A stretch of DNA of 62,188 nucleotides, filler included, from Choristocarpus tenellus KU-1152 (lineage: Eukaryota > Protista > Phaeophyceae): NCBI GenBank assembly GCA_964200185.2. It is 12 parts of 12 records of this genome, joined end to end, with 100 filler letters (N's around TTAATTAATTAA, not from the genome) between each part and the next. Parts side by side here need not be neighbours in the genome. Positions count along the whole stretch, not along the records: positions 38,241 to 45,034 come from CAXNAD020007338.1; positions 45,135 to 53,639 come from CAXNAD020004641.1; 10 more parts are not named here. The stretch is one strand, 5' to 3'. The notes beneath the pieces are model-generated. The model saw only the letters and a program-made list of their open reading frames with translations, searched no databases and was not told where the DNA came from. Below are positions 38,645 through 51,899 of the stretch, piece after piece (positions within the stretch are counted from its first letter, which is position 1; the number at the start of each line of letters is the position of its first letter). Made by a program: the position numbers and the translations under genes.

Positions 38645-41600
38645 TCGCTTCTTATTTGAAAATATGTACTAATGAGTTTTGCTCTCCTGATGAAGCAGAC
38701 AGGCACACAGACAGACAGACAGAGAGACATGCTCTTGGGGATAATTATTTATTTACAGTAGTTACGATGCGGAATTAAATTTACCTACTATTTAAACTAT
38801 TTTTTTCTTTGCCTGTGGGTTTATTTATTGAGATGATAATTATTGAGACGAAGTGACCCTCAGAGCAACCCTAACCCTAACCCCCTTACCACCCATAGTA
38901 CAAACTCTAACCCTAACCCTAGTACAAACAAATATTGGCACAACAAATAGTTAATTCTTTTCTCTGGCGGATAGCTTATGTAGACGCCATCGCAGAGTGC
39001 AGTGCTTAGGGTTAGGGTTGGGAAAAGACCGACATCTCTCTCTCTCTCTCTCTATCTGTAGTTTGGGAGTGCTTGTTTGTTACAAGAAGATAAAACATTC
39101 ATACGATTGTCGATTCTTGACTGCAGACTTTGGTGTCATTGGTCACCAAGGTGGCAATGACAGTCTCTGCCTTACCCCCATGCAAGCAAGTCATACACCA
39201 CAGAAATCACAATATTCTTCTCACCTGTCTCTTTGTAATTATTTTTTATTATTATTATTATTATTATCGATTTGTGTTCTTTTTATTGTAGGTGTCCTCC
39301 TGAGGTCCAAATCAATCACAACCACATTTCTTACCACATTATGAACCAGTGGAATTAAAGTGGTATTGGTCCAGTCAGTGGTACAGTAATGTCGATGAAA
39401 ACTGTCTATGTGGAGTTGCTCATACTGTTTGAGGCAAATGTCTGTCACGTTATACCTCTTTCCAAGCAAGTCCCAATTCACAAGATCGGTCCGCAGAAAA
39501 CAGGAAATATCCACAAGGAAATTTCCACAAAAAAAAATACCAGCCCCACCGTGGTATGTATTTCTACCAAAGATGCTGGTATTGCATCTTTCTTTTTCCC
39601 CTACAACTGTAGCTGATTTTGTGTTCTGTGGCCTAAAAGCTCATTGCCCCACTTTATATTTTTTTACGATAGAGATAATTAATAATAATAATCATAATAA
39701 TTGTGGTTTTAAAATGGTATTTTTTTTGTAGGGTTAGGGTTAGGGTTTTGGTACGAATAGGTAGCCTGAGATGAAAAAATAAAACAAAAAACTCTGTGAA
39801 GGCCTGCAATATGGTAAGAAAAAAAAACTTCAAGAAAACGCCTCGACGTTCCATGAAACCCACACAATAAGGAGGGAGATGAGATCTTCTTCAACCCACT
39901 GACTTACTACCCGAGCTGGACATGTTTACTATTATTCTTTTCACTATTTATTAACACCAACATCAACTTCAATATGATACACACCAAAAATAAAATAATA
40001 ATGATCTGATACGGTATTTGAACAATTGTTCTCAAAATGTATTATACACACACACACACACATATATATTTATGTACAACAGTGGTTTTTCCACTTTCTA
40101 GTGAGACAAATACCGACTCCTTTCTTAAGTTTCCCCTTGGTGACAATTGGTCAGATCGTCTCTCACGAGGTAAGGAAACAGCCAAGTCAGGTAAGGGACA
40201 CACAGCCCACTCACCACCTTGTCATGTCATATAGACTTACCCTTATCCTTCAGTTAAAGGCTACTACAAATGGGTGAAGACAGAGATACAACCACTGATA
40301 CATACAGTACAGGATACAATACAACCGCTGATACAGTACACGATAAAATATGATACAACCACTAATACATACAGTACACAATACGCAAATAATAATAACA
40401 CAAAACACCTACACATGGCGGCAGTACTACTCTTCCAGGAAGGCGTGTGGCATCCGTTCACCACAGAAATGGTGCAGTAGGTGTCAGGGTTAGGGTTAAG
40501 AAACCAAAGAAAAGGCAACATGCACACGCCTTCCAAAACCCGTCAGGAAACTCTCGGCAGCAACTACACAATGCCTTGTTCCAACACCCCTCAACTTCAA
40601 CTCAACTTCAAAGAACTCAAACACGCCACCACCAAAGAACTCCAAAAGAAATGCCCCGAAGTCGTCAGCCTACATGAACACACTTGAAAATAAGAAATAT
40701 TCCCACTCTTGAATGTCCTATTCATCACAGGGCAGGGGCCTACAACCCCCCCAATCCTAACCCTACCCCTAAATAACCCCCCACCCACAAAAAGCTCACT
40801 TCTTCAGCTGAGAGGACAGATCTTCCATCCTTTGACTCCGAGATACCGCCTGCTCTGCCTCCAACTCCACCTTCTGTGACAAAATTGTATCCCTGTCAGC
40901 AAAATCTGCAGATTTCTCATCTCCCTCAATCCCCTTGGCATCCTCCATGGCCAATTTGATACAACACGATACAAGACACGATAGTGATGCAAGGTGAGAC
41001 CAGGATCCAAGAGAGAAAAAAGAAGAGTGTGAACACACCTCCATAAAAATGAAAAAAAACCCCATAAAATTGATCCATCAACAAAATAAAAAATTCGACG
41101 CGCGGTGATTTACTAACCCTAACCCTAAGTTGTATGGAAGAGAAAGTATCAGCACTAGACCATAGGTTCCTCGGGCAGCTAAATTAAAAAATAAAAATAT
41201 AGAATGAACAGATATTTTCGAGAGCAATACATACACACACACACACACATGAGTAGGTTTGGCCAATCAACACCCTTTGCTAAAAAGATTAAAAAAAAAA
41301 ATGTTCCTTGTCCTGCCTTTTACAATAAATACTCAGAACAAACAAAGAGTGATCAGAAATGTAAAATGCCTCTTGTCGACACCTCTGTTGTTGAGTTCGG
41401 GAGTTCCTCCGCAGCAGCTGCAGGTCCGACTGCCTCACTTCCACTGCAGGAGGGGAGGGAGGGAGGGAGGGAGGGAGGGAGAGGCATGACCAGAAAGGAT
41501 CACATAGGCTGAGTGCACCAGGCGCCCAGAAAATGTTGAAGATTCTGGATGGGTAGGGACTCTACAGAAGCTGAGCACAGCAAAGGGGAAAGATACATTC

Positions 41601-43325
41601 TGGCAAGGCAAGGCAGATTACTTGGTTGCTGTTCGGTTTTGAAGCAAATTACCTCATGAGGGGAGAAGAATAGGAGTCAAAGTAGAAACATTGATACAAG
41701 TTGAAGAATGTTAGAAGAACAAGACTCGATCAAGCACACAGGATCACTCCCGGATGATAAATACTTTGCAGGAGGCAAGGTTGCATGAATGAGACAAAAA
41801 ACACCTGCTATGGAGTAATGATACACAACCCAGGACAAAGTTTCCTCAACATTGCAGTGTTACATTAGACATGGCATGAAAAATAGTAACAGATTCTGAT
41901 CTGTGCATCCTACGCCTGATAGTTTGGTCTTTAGCTAAGTTATCTGTGCTGATTCACCGCTGAAAAACCACCTCTGTGCGAAATGATCTCGACCACACTC
42001 AAGATCCAACTCCATTGTAACTATTGTACCTAGAGCACTTCTTCACAACTCTTGCATCTTGCTGCCACACTATCCCCCACCCCCTGATCCCAAATACTTG
42101 CAACCTTTGATACACTTGGGACAAGGATGATTCTCGATAGTTGTCTCGGGGATCTTGCAAAGGTTGTAAGTGCTGTGGTTTTAATCAATGATCCATTGAT
42201 CTTAATTTTTTCTCTTGCTCCATTCTTTGCCAGTGAAGACACAATATTGTACTCAATTGTGAAGATGGTTTGCAGTATACTCTTTGTGTTACCTATGACT
42301 TTGCATTGTCGAGATACTTGTAGCTGGATGGGGGTATAGCCTACTAGAGGAAGGTCTGAGCAGCATTGGTGCCGTGAGTCACCTTGTTGTACCCGTGGGT
42401 TGATCGAACGTACTTGAAGCCTCACACATGCGCAGGGGGCCACCAGCTACGGGATACCACTTGTCTGCCCATTGGGAGACCTGGAGAGTATTCAGTCATT
42501 CTCAGAAACATGGTGAGGCGTGAAGTGACTGTTCCTGATTCTATTTGATGCTTGTACTTTTCTTTCAACCTAGAACAGGTGTGGTACAAGCATCTGTAGC
42601 GGTACATACACGAGCTCTGATGAAGTTGTTCAGACTGCACCATGTCCTGGTTCAATGACACCCATTGCTATCGTCTAAAGTTTGTGGATGAGCAGTGATT
42701 AACTATACTCTCGAGCCGAGGACCCTGACCGCATCCACGGCAATGATTGTGACTAGCAGGCTTGATCAGTGTTACCCTCAGGTATGCACCACTTCACCAA
42801 CAACCTGACAAAAAGAAACTCACTTGTTTTGATTTCAACTGCACGCCACCAACTACTGTCGATCTTCGAACAGTGGCAACAGTGCAGAATCCATTTGCCT
42901 GGAGGTGACGGGAGAGAGCGACGGTGCAAGAATGAGGGTGTGAGATTGCCAGAGAACGGTAACACCACGACGATAATTGATTACCAGCATTTTCAATTGC
43001 ACCCTCGACGTACAGAAGGTATATACTTATAGCGAGGGCTCTCATTTCAACAGCAAGGGAATAATTCGTGAGTAATGATATCAACTGCGGACATCAACCT
43101 GAGTAGACAGGTAGAGGACAGAAGCCAACGATGTCCTCTTTTGCCCCATGACCTCTCACGTATCCAAACCCGCCAACTCAGTTCCCCGAAACTGTGTAGG
43201 TTGACAGGAGGGAGACTATTATTCCCTGTGCCGCTCAGTGCAGCACTGGAACGGGGTGGAGGGAGGAGTTCCCTCAACTTGAGGCTCAAGCACCTTTTGA
43301 TGTGTGCATGATGACTTGATGACAT
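38645..43325 (-). CDS. Possible multi-exon hypothetical gene, unresolved
   Basis: Splice-bounded open segments, e.g. GNLLQNRTATN|GSEAVGPAAAAEELPNSTTE|DAKGIEGDEKS...LSSQLK, YEQLHIDSFHRHYCTTDW, RAKLISTYFQIRSE; could not be joined completely. Confidence 0.3.
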
Positions 43326-43747
43326 GATGGCACAACCCGAGAAATCGGAATGATAGCATGCTGTAGAAATTGGGTTGACTATATACATACATACATCCCT
43401 TTTCACTTTATTTTTATTCCCATACGTACTCCAAGAATTCTAGGTTCGGTATTGTCTAATTGTGTGTCTTGTATGATACTACTGAGATAGTTGTTCCACC
43501 TTTTTAATCAATTCGTTATCTCAATACCAGAAACCACCTCTGCACCCCATCCTTGCTCAGACAGGGAGGGGTGGTTTTCTTTCTTCCTCACAGAAACCTC
43601 CTGCCTGGTTTACTTGGGTGTTTGAGGTATGTCCTTGAGGTCGGGTCTGAGTATCCAAGTGATGAGCTTGTGAGTCTCCTCCTCAAACCCAGTTCCCTCC
43701 TTCATAATTTACAGGGATAAACCTCTATTTCCTGCTACCAAAGCGTC

Positions 43748-44869
43748 ATGTCGCCAGACGATATGAAGGAGCTTTACCTCGCCTCTTTCCGGGCACCGCT
43801 GATCGTTATTGTGTTTCTGGGGCTATGGGGTTTGGTGATGCTGATCCTCCAGGCACTTCGGATAGATTACGAATCTGTCCTGATTCCGAAACCAGGTAGG
43901 TTGGTGTGTGTTGCCGACCCTAGATCCAAGATAAGAAATCAATTCCCTATGAGGAAAATGGTGACACATGCCCTCATTGTACAACTTATTTCCTGTTTCC
44001 CTTTTGGTCAGTTACGATACGAGCGCAGAAAAGCATCACATTCTCAGCCAGATCGTGAGAGTATTTTGATGCCTTTTCAACCAACTGTCGGTGCAAGCTT
44101 CACTTTTCCAGTCTCTAGCAGTGTCGGAGAAGGTACTTTGGGCGTACCTTACATGCGCTGCTCTCTCGCGCAACTCTGTTTGTGACAATCCGTACCGTTG
44201 CTGGGCGTAACGTAATCTCACCACCTCCACAACTTCGAGGTCATGAAACTACCCCAAGTAGGCAATCCTCACTTCTTACTAAAAATTCTACCCATCTCCC
44301 CACCGCACGCCCTCTAATCCTTGTTCTGGTCCGAAGTCGTCTCGTGCCAGGCTCTCCTATACTCTTGTCCGAATATCGTTTTCAGGGACTCCAGCCTTAC
44401 TCTTAGGCTAATCTGAATCCCTCTCTCCCCTGCCGCTACCACCTTTTCCCACGCACATGAACAACTAAGCAGGAGAGAAGGAAAAGACGGGTGGAAATAC
44501 GCCTCCACGCTCACGATCAGCTCCCGAAAAGGAAAAGCCCTCAGGGACGAGCAAGGCCACTACTCTGAAAAATGCTCCCACCCGCCAACCAATAGCAGCT
44601 GATGAGGGGGGAGGGGGGGAAAAGAAGCGGGAGAAGGCCCCTCGTCTTCCATTGCCGTCCACTGCAGGAAACGGGGTGGTGGGGGCAACAAGCACGCAGA
44701 TGCCTTTGTGGATACAAGTTCTAATGATGGCGTCAGCCCTGCTGGCTTGCCTCCTGATGTGCATCTACACTACCCAGTCTTGGACCTTAACTCCGACTGC
44801 AGGCATCGGAGGATTCTACATGGTGCTGGGCGTGGGCTTGTTGATGCTACTGCAGTCTTCTGCTGTCAA
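43748..44869 (+). CDS. EXS-family (ERD1/XPR1/SYG1/PHO1-type) membrane protein, 5' part, no SPX domain seen; exons 43748-43895, 44473-44869
   Basis: FRAPLIVIVFLGLWGLVMLILQALRIDYESVL resembles the EXS start (R....L..LWG.N..F....I[ND]Y..IF); then a hydrophilic loop and two TM helices. Confidence 0.65.
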
Positions 44870-45364
44870 GTGAGAGGCAGCCAAAGGCGGATGTGCTGGG
44901 GATTTGAAAATGGAGAAGGGTGGTGTAACTAACTTTGCTAACTTTCGTTTATGTTCACATATATTCATGATCATTCACGGGTCAATCTTGAACGACTGTG
45001 AGAAATGGGCAGTTGTTTGGGATTCATGGGGGGGNNNNNNNNNNNNNNNNNNNNNNNNNNNNNNNNNNNNNNNNNNNNTTAATTAATTAANNNNNNNNNN
45101 NNNNNNNNNNNNNNNNNNNNNNNNNNNNNNNNNNCTAGAGTTGTTTGGTCGAAACGGACGCCCCCTCACAAACCTCCCACCCCCCAGATATTGACCCTTA
45201 TACTCCATGATGGCTCTAACCCATCACACCATCCTTTCGAATATGTCGAGGACGTTTAAGGCACGTGCGATTTGCTGGCCACCACACCCTCCCTGATTGA
45301 TATGGATTCAGCCTTATCGCGGGTGCACTGTGGAAATGTTGTCTACATAAATCTCCTGTGCTCA

Positions 45365-45900
45365 CCTCTCTGAAGGCTTGTTCCAATGCCTGAGGCCCAT
45401 CGTGTTGTGACGTGGGCCTGGAGGTTGATTCTGCATGGAATATTGACCTCCTTTGCCACGCACTCGATGACTCTCAAGAGCATGACCTATGTTGTCCATT
45501 CAAGCAAAACAAGACGTTATTGTCGTCGTGCGGATCCCTAGCATCGCCATCCTCATCTAATTCTATGTTGCCGTTCGCAATGTAGTGCATGAGCAGTTCG
45601 CTGTCGGGCACATCAGAGGGTACCTTTGCTCTGCACATGTCGACTCTGAACTTATTGATTTTCTTCTATCGCGAGCACAAAGAGAAAGTCTGTGCACTCA
45701 GGATTGCCGCGAGCTTTATCGGTGGAGACTTGTATATCGGGGCCGAGCTTCTTAAACATTGACTCTACCCTCCCCTTATCAAGGAGATTGGCGTTGTACT
45801 TCTGGGACACGAAAGCAGATGTGGCGAGGTCGACCGTGCGGGTTGTGCTGAGGTTTGCCATGATCAACTCTGTCGTCTTTTCCTGTTCAGTCTTTTTTGG
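45365..45900 (-). pseudogene. Decayed ORF with a ParB/Srx- or DGQHR-like motif (LFCLNGQHR)
   Basis: Frameshifted peptide segments ..NLLDKGRVESMFKKLG.., ..VLFCLNGQHR, LLRVIECVAKEVNIPCRI; stops and frameshifts present. Confidence 0.3.
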
Positions 45901-45946
45901 GTCTATGGACGACTGTCTGTGATTGTAGGGGGTGATATTTTATGGC

Positions 45947-46210
45947 GAGGGTAAAAGTGTCTTAGAGGGTACGAGATTTGCCCTGTTTGTCCATTTTTGG
46001 GGCTTGACTTCCCTCGGAACTTTTTATGACATTTTCCTACTCCTAAATATTTCGGAACAGGTAAATTGTGTATGTCATAAAAAGATGTGTCTGGAACAAG
46101 GATATTGACACTTCCTGACAAACATGATACGCCAAAATTGCATCAATTTCGCAACATTGGATTTTGGCCCCCAAATGGACACGGCTCTACCCTCTAAGAT
46201 ACTTTGGCTC
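45947..46210. mobile_element. ~260-bp MITE, family A (TSD TGGC/CGGC)
   Basis: TIR core AAAGT.TCTTAGAGGGTA / TACCCTCTAAGATACTTT; homologous to the other copies along its length. Confidence 0.88.
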
Positions 46211-46376
46211 CGGCGGTATCAGCAAATGAAAAGGATATCCACACGGGGACGGATACTATTGCTGGGCGATGGCAGCAAGGGCATTGTTGTAGAAGCAGTG
46301 GCAGAGTATGTGATCAATGATGACGGGATCTATTGGGAGTGCGAGGGTCGTCTCATGAATGGGCCAGGCAAACGTT

Positions 46377-46890
46377 GAGTCGAAGTATCTTAGAGCTGCG
46401 TTCGTTTGGGCGCCAAAATTCAATGTTGCGATTTTGATGTAATTTTGGCTATCGTGTTTGTTAGGAAGTGTCAATATCCTTGTTCCAGGCACACCTTATG
46501 ATAAGAGTGGAAGTATCTTAGAGGGTGTGAGGTTTGCCCTATTTGTCTATTTGGGGCTTGGCTTCCCATGTTTTTTAAAATTTCATTTTCGTACTTCAAA
46601 ATATTTTGAGTAGGTAAAATGTATACGTTATGAAAATGTGTGTCCGGAACAACGATATAGAGACTCCCTAACAAACATGATAGCCAAAACTACATCAAAA
46701 TCACAACATTGGATTTTGGGCCCCAAATGTACACGGATCTACCCTCTAAGATACTTTGGCGCATAATGTACACATTTTACCTACTGCGAAACATTTCAGA
46801 GTAGATAAAATGTCATAAGAAACCCAAGGGAAGCCTAACCCCAAATGGACAAATAGGGCAAAACTCTTACCCTCTAAGATACTTTCACTC
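46377..46890. mobile_element. Family A MITE (TSD CGTT/CGTT) interrupted by a nested family A copy
   Basis: Left half 46377-46504 plus right half 46763-46890 rebuild the intact 61169-61426 copy. Confidence 0.9.
46505..46762. mobile_element. Family A MITE, 258 bp, nested in opposite orientation (TSD ATAA/ATAA)
   Basis: Both TIRs present; ATAA duplicated at 46501-46504 and 46763-46766. Confidence 0.9.
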
Positions 46891-48199
46891 CGTTAGACGA
46901 CATGGGCGAAGCGCTGTTGTCGTCATGAGGACGGTGTAGCGTTTTCCGTGGAGACTGGTATTTACGAACATGCTTCGAATGGCAAACCCCGCCGACTCAG
47001 AAGGAATATGGAATGTGAGAACGCACCAATTTCGTATGCAAATGAAAAGCATTTATGTACTAGCCCGGGTTAGATGTTGGGAGGGCAACCATGCACCGGT
47101 TTGTGTTTGACACAGGCCAGACAATAATGAAGAAATTCGGTATATCCTGCTGGTTGGCAGAAGCCATCTATTTCGAAACCACAGCAAACACGGTTGGGGG
47201 TGGTGTGCACTGACTCGGAACAAGCATGGAAAGCAGGAAAACATTAAGTTGAACGGCGAAAGTAAGAGCATGAATGCACCAGTTTGAAATACATATGGCA
47301 ATTTTGGAAGGTAGAAATTTGGTATGTCCTGCCGGTTGGCAGAAGCCATCAATCTCTAAAGTGAGATAACCGCGGTTTGTCACGAAGCTGGGCGTGCGCC
47401 GTGATACTAACACGCGTGCCAAATCGGGATTGCGTTGCGACGCGATATGAACCTTATCGAAAAAGTTCCTATCGTATCAGAGCCATAACACGTGCGTATC
47501 AATGGTGTCGCCACATAGCATTCGACAGAAGGGTGTTGTGGTGCGTGGAACGGGATCGTGTAATCCTTGTTCTATTTCGGATCAGTTGTCTGATTACTCT
47601 TTACATATGTCACTGCAACCAATGTTCCAATTTCGGTTAAGTTTGGTTGAATTCGCTGGAATAAACTCTGACGATAGCCGCTGCATTAACAGTACGTCGA
47701 CATGTTATATGTAGGGTGAAATCTGTCTCTTTGGTTGAGTGTTTGTGAAGTAGATAATTAGTGTTGGTTAGGGTTAGCGTGTAAGGATCATGGGTATTGG
47801 CTTCAGGGCTTACATTGTCGGCATCTGGGGTGGGTGGGGTGACTAGGGTGGGATGGAGGCTTTGGATAGTGGGCTAACGACAGAGTATGGTGTGCGCGGT
47901 GCTCTGACAAGGGATTGAAGAGAGTAGATTCTTAGCAATCGTCACAAATGCATACGGTATTTCGACGTTCGGTTGGTCTTGGGTTAGGTCCAACGTAAAT
48001 GCGGTTGGGGTAAGCGATGCTGGCGCTGCTGGTGGCTGACGGTTTATGAACGGTTTCGATCAAACAAATGATAGAGTCTGGTTAGGTGATAGTGGTGCGA
48101 CCACTATGTACGACTGGAATAGAAAATAATTCCACTGCAGATAGAGTATCGAGGATTAGGGTTGGCTAGGTTGATGGGACCAGTTCAGACACCTCGTGT

Positions 48200-48665
48200 G
48201 CACATGGTGATACAGTGGTAACAGATACTGCGCATTGAGCACATATGTTGATGATAGGACTATTGGTAGCCGGTTGTGTACACGGTGTGGTTGATGATAA
48301 ATACTGGGCATTGAGTAGTAATGTTCTAAGGACCACTGTTGACGGCTGGTGTGTACATGGTTCCAATGGTTATAAATACAGGGCGTCGAATTTCTAAATG
48401 TTGGTGATACCACTGTTGATAGCTGTTATGTAGACGGTTGTAATGGTAATAAATGCCGGGCATGGAATTTTAAGATGTTGGTGATACCACTATTGTCTGC
48501 TGATGTATACACGCTTCTAATGGCAATAAATTCAGGGCATTGAATTTCAAAACATCGGTGATACCATTATTGACAGCTGGTGTGTAGACGCTTCTAAAGG
48601 TAATATATACAGAGCATCGAATTTTATTGTTGATGGGACCGTTATTGACAGCTGCTTCGTACAAG
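48200..48665. repeat. Degenerate 77-bp tandem array, ~6 units
   Basis: GGTGATACCA recurs at 48403, 48480, 48557; flanking units are more diverged. Confidence 0.85.
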
Positions 48666-49000
48666 GTCCGAATGCAAATGAACACAGAAACATGAGTAGA
48701 GACGTGTAGTTGTGTTCACGACCGAGAAAAGCGGAATGAGGGGTGAATACGTGACCAAACTGTTCAACACCGCACACGTCGCCAATCTTGGACCAATGTG
48801 AGCATTTGCTCCATGGATTTCAAACCGCCATGACATTGAGGCCTCTAGGTGCACACTAAAACATTTGACGCCAGTGTCGACAGATCCGTGCTATATACGC
48901 TGAGATAGGCAGACCGGCGTACATATGGGCTACGCCGATTTTGATTCGAAATTGCTTTCACTCTGAATTGTATCTGGAGGTTCCGAAAGATTTTTACACA

Positions 49001-49580
49001 GGTGGCAAGATAGGAGTTGTGGTTGAAATTGGTATGGTCGTAGAGCTGAAAACTTTTCTACATACCGCGACGGGGTATCAATCGCGACCACTTTGCACAG
49101 TATTGTGTGGGAGGGAATGTATTTAGGAGCATGTCGGTGTCGTGTCTGTTTGTACGGGCGATCTGGTATGAATCGATGTAGCGCAGTGGACAGCAACACC
49201 GTCTATGCCTAACCCGAATTTGGGCTATACATTAAGAACGCAATAACGACATAATTCCTAATGTGAGGGACATGTTCGTGCTTTCACCAAGGTGGCAAGA
49301 TAGGAGTTGTGGTTGAAATTGGTATGGTTGTAGAGCTGAAAACCTTTCTACATACCGCGATGAGGTATCAATCGCTACCACTTTGCACAGTATTGTGTGG
49401 GAGGGAATGTATTTAGGAGCGTGTCGGTGTCGTGTCTGTTTGTACAGGCGATCTGGTATGAATTGATGTAGAGCAGTGGACAGCAATGCCGTCTACGCCT
49501 AACCCGAATTTGGGCTATACATTAAGAACGCAATAACGACATAATTCCTAATGCGAGGGAGATGTTCGTGCTTTCGCCAA
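49001..49580. repeat. 290-bp tandem duplication, high identity
   Basis: Units start GGTGGCAAGATAGGAG at 49001 and 49291. Confidence 0.95.
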
Positions 49581-51709
49581 AGCCGAGTACAAAAGATGAC
49601 TGTTTATCAAGAGGAACGCGAGGATGGAAATTGGTGGAATACGTTACATATCGTGAACAGCCAGTTGTTGAGGAAGGCTTGACCCCGAATGAGCGTGTTG
49701 GCTACGGCACATTATGGGACAGCGGTTGGGTTAACAGCCGTGGCTACAGGGTCATACAACCGCTTGGGTACATGATGATGGCACCCACATGCTAATACAT
49801 GCTATGTGAACGGACGAAAGTCGCAACATTCGCCAAAGGCGCTAAATCATGGTGGTGTTTGCAAATTTGTTCCTGAATGAGCTGCACAGAGGGTGCACGT
49901 TTCTGGTAGGGGGACTCACCTTATGGTTCCCTTTGGAGGCATGGCGGCGTTGGGTGGTTGGTTTAAGCCTCTCCTTTTATCGCGTGATGTCTGCATCGGG
50001 TGGGCAAGTTGCAAATGGGACAGGGGAAACCGACAGAAGCAGAGAGAGACAATGTTTTGCGCATCGAGTCAGGTCCAGAGAGGATAGCATATCGCGGTTG
50101 GGTTACATCATCCTTGATTCGTATGCACCTGATCACCTTGTACGAAGAGGAAGTCCTGTCGTCTTTTCCCCTTCTGACATGCCCGGTGTTGAGCGTTATT
50201 TTCAGCGCACAGGGATAGCGACAGACGAGCCCGATCCTTGCGGAAAGGATACCCACCTAGTCTCCCTTGATGAAGGAATTATGGTCTTTTCGAACTCCTT
50301 TTCTTGTCGGTTGTATGACAATCTAACCCTAATCAACAAAAGAACAACCGCCCTTGCTGAATGTTGCACCCCTAGAAGATAGTATATATATATATATATA
50401 TATTGGGGTTCTAAACAGGCTAGTTCGAGTGTTTCTTACCTTGGGAATCAAATACGAAATTTTAAAAGGGGAATTTTGCTCTCTGTACACTTACATATTG
50501 AAAGTTATATATATATGTCTGCGACGACGTTGAACTAGAACAAATAGACTTACAAATAAATATTTACAACTCTCCATCCTCTATTACTTCATTAGTGCGA
50601 CAGAGTCAAAACGTTGAGTTTGCATCATTTTTTCATGTATTTGCACATTTAAAGAATTATATTATGTTGCACAACAAAAAAACTTTCATCAACCACACTC
50701 GTTCACTCACTCAACAACAAACCAACGAGCCTGGACAATAGAGAGGATTTCGTCGTCGCAGTTCTTTGAGAGGAACATACCCATCGCACCCCGGATGCAG
50801 GATGGCCACCCGGCAGCCACTAGGGGATTTGGATAACAAGGGGAATAAGATCGTGGACTCTGGAGGGGTAGACTCTGGGACATCCCAAGGGTAAGGCCAA
50901 GTCCCATTGCAATTAGACATAATCCAATGTAGCCTGTGCATTCTGTAAGTACTGCAACAAGGGATTAGCGCTTGAAGACTAGACATAGTGAAGCATATGG
51001 TCACCATGTCCTTCTCAAATCCAACATTTGCATCAGAATCAGAGACACGTGGTGTTCACAAGTTACACCGTAGCTCGGAACTGGTGACGCACACGTCCTC
51101 CCCTCAACAACAGGACGCAACCTAATGACGAAGGTCGGTTCCTCCGATACAACTAATCCGATATATATCGGAAATAAACGATATTCTTTTCTGTATCTGT
51201 TTCAAATCCCAACCCTAACCCCTATCCCAACCCTAACCCTGTTCCTCAACCCTAACACTATTCCTGACCCTTACAATCCTGAACACATGCCAACACATGT
51301 TTCGCTCTTCCTTCTTCAACTCACCTTGTACAATTTTTGCCAACCTCAGCTGTACGGCAGAGTATAGCAAAAATTGCGGCAGTGCACATAACGACTTATT
51401 TGAACGCACACACCTCTAATCCATCCTCCTTGATTGTCCAACAAATCAACTGCAATATCATTTCCCGTGTAGAGTAAGAGACACAAGCAATGATATGTGC
51501 ATCTGGTGATATATCTAGAGCTATACCACATGAAACGTAAGGTATCCCTTCCACCAAAAACCGTCCTACACCATAGTTCACCGTAAGACAGAACACACCA
51601 ATTGTAGTATATATAACGACGCGAATATTTTCGGAGGTGACACCCACCAAATTTGCCAGTCATGTTTCCAAAAAATCACATCAGAGCATATACTCCGTTG
51701 TACGACATA

Positions 51710-51893
51710 GGCTCTAAGTATCCCGGGGGGGGGGTGGTGGGTGTCCATTTGGGACCCATTTTTCCCATGTCACAGAATTTGGGTGATTTGGTTGCATACG
51801 TCAGATGGATAATGTAAGTGCCCTTTTTCTGGTTTTGGGCGAAATGGACACCCTGGTGTAGACCCCCCCCCCCCATTCCAGATACTTTGGGTC
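51710..51893. mobile_element. Family B MITE, opposite orientation to 34650-34827 (TSD CATA/CAAA)
   Basis: Reverse-complement homology to 34650-34827 throughout. Confidence 0.75.
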
Positions 51894-51899
51894 CAAACT

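Noticed and set aside
48200-48665. CRISPR-like array
   Set aside because: Units are homologous along their whole length with no unique spacers; no cas genes; eukaryotic context.
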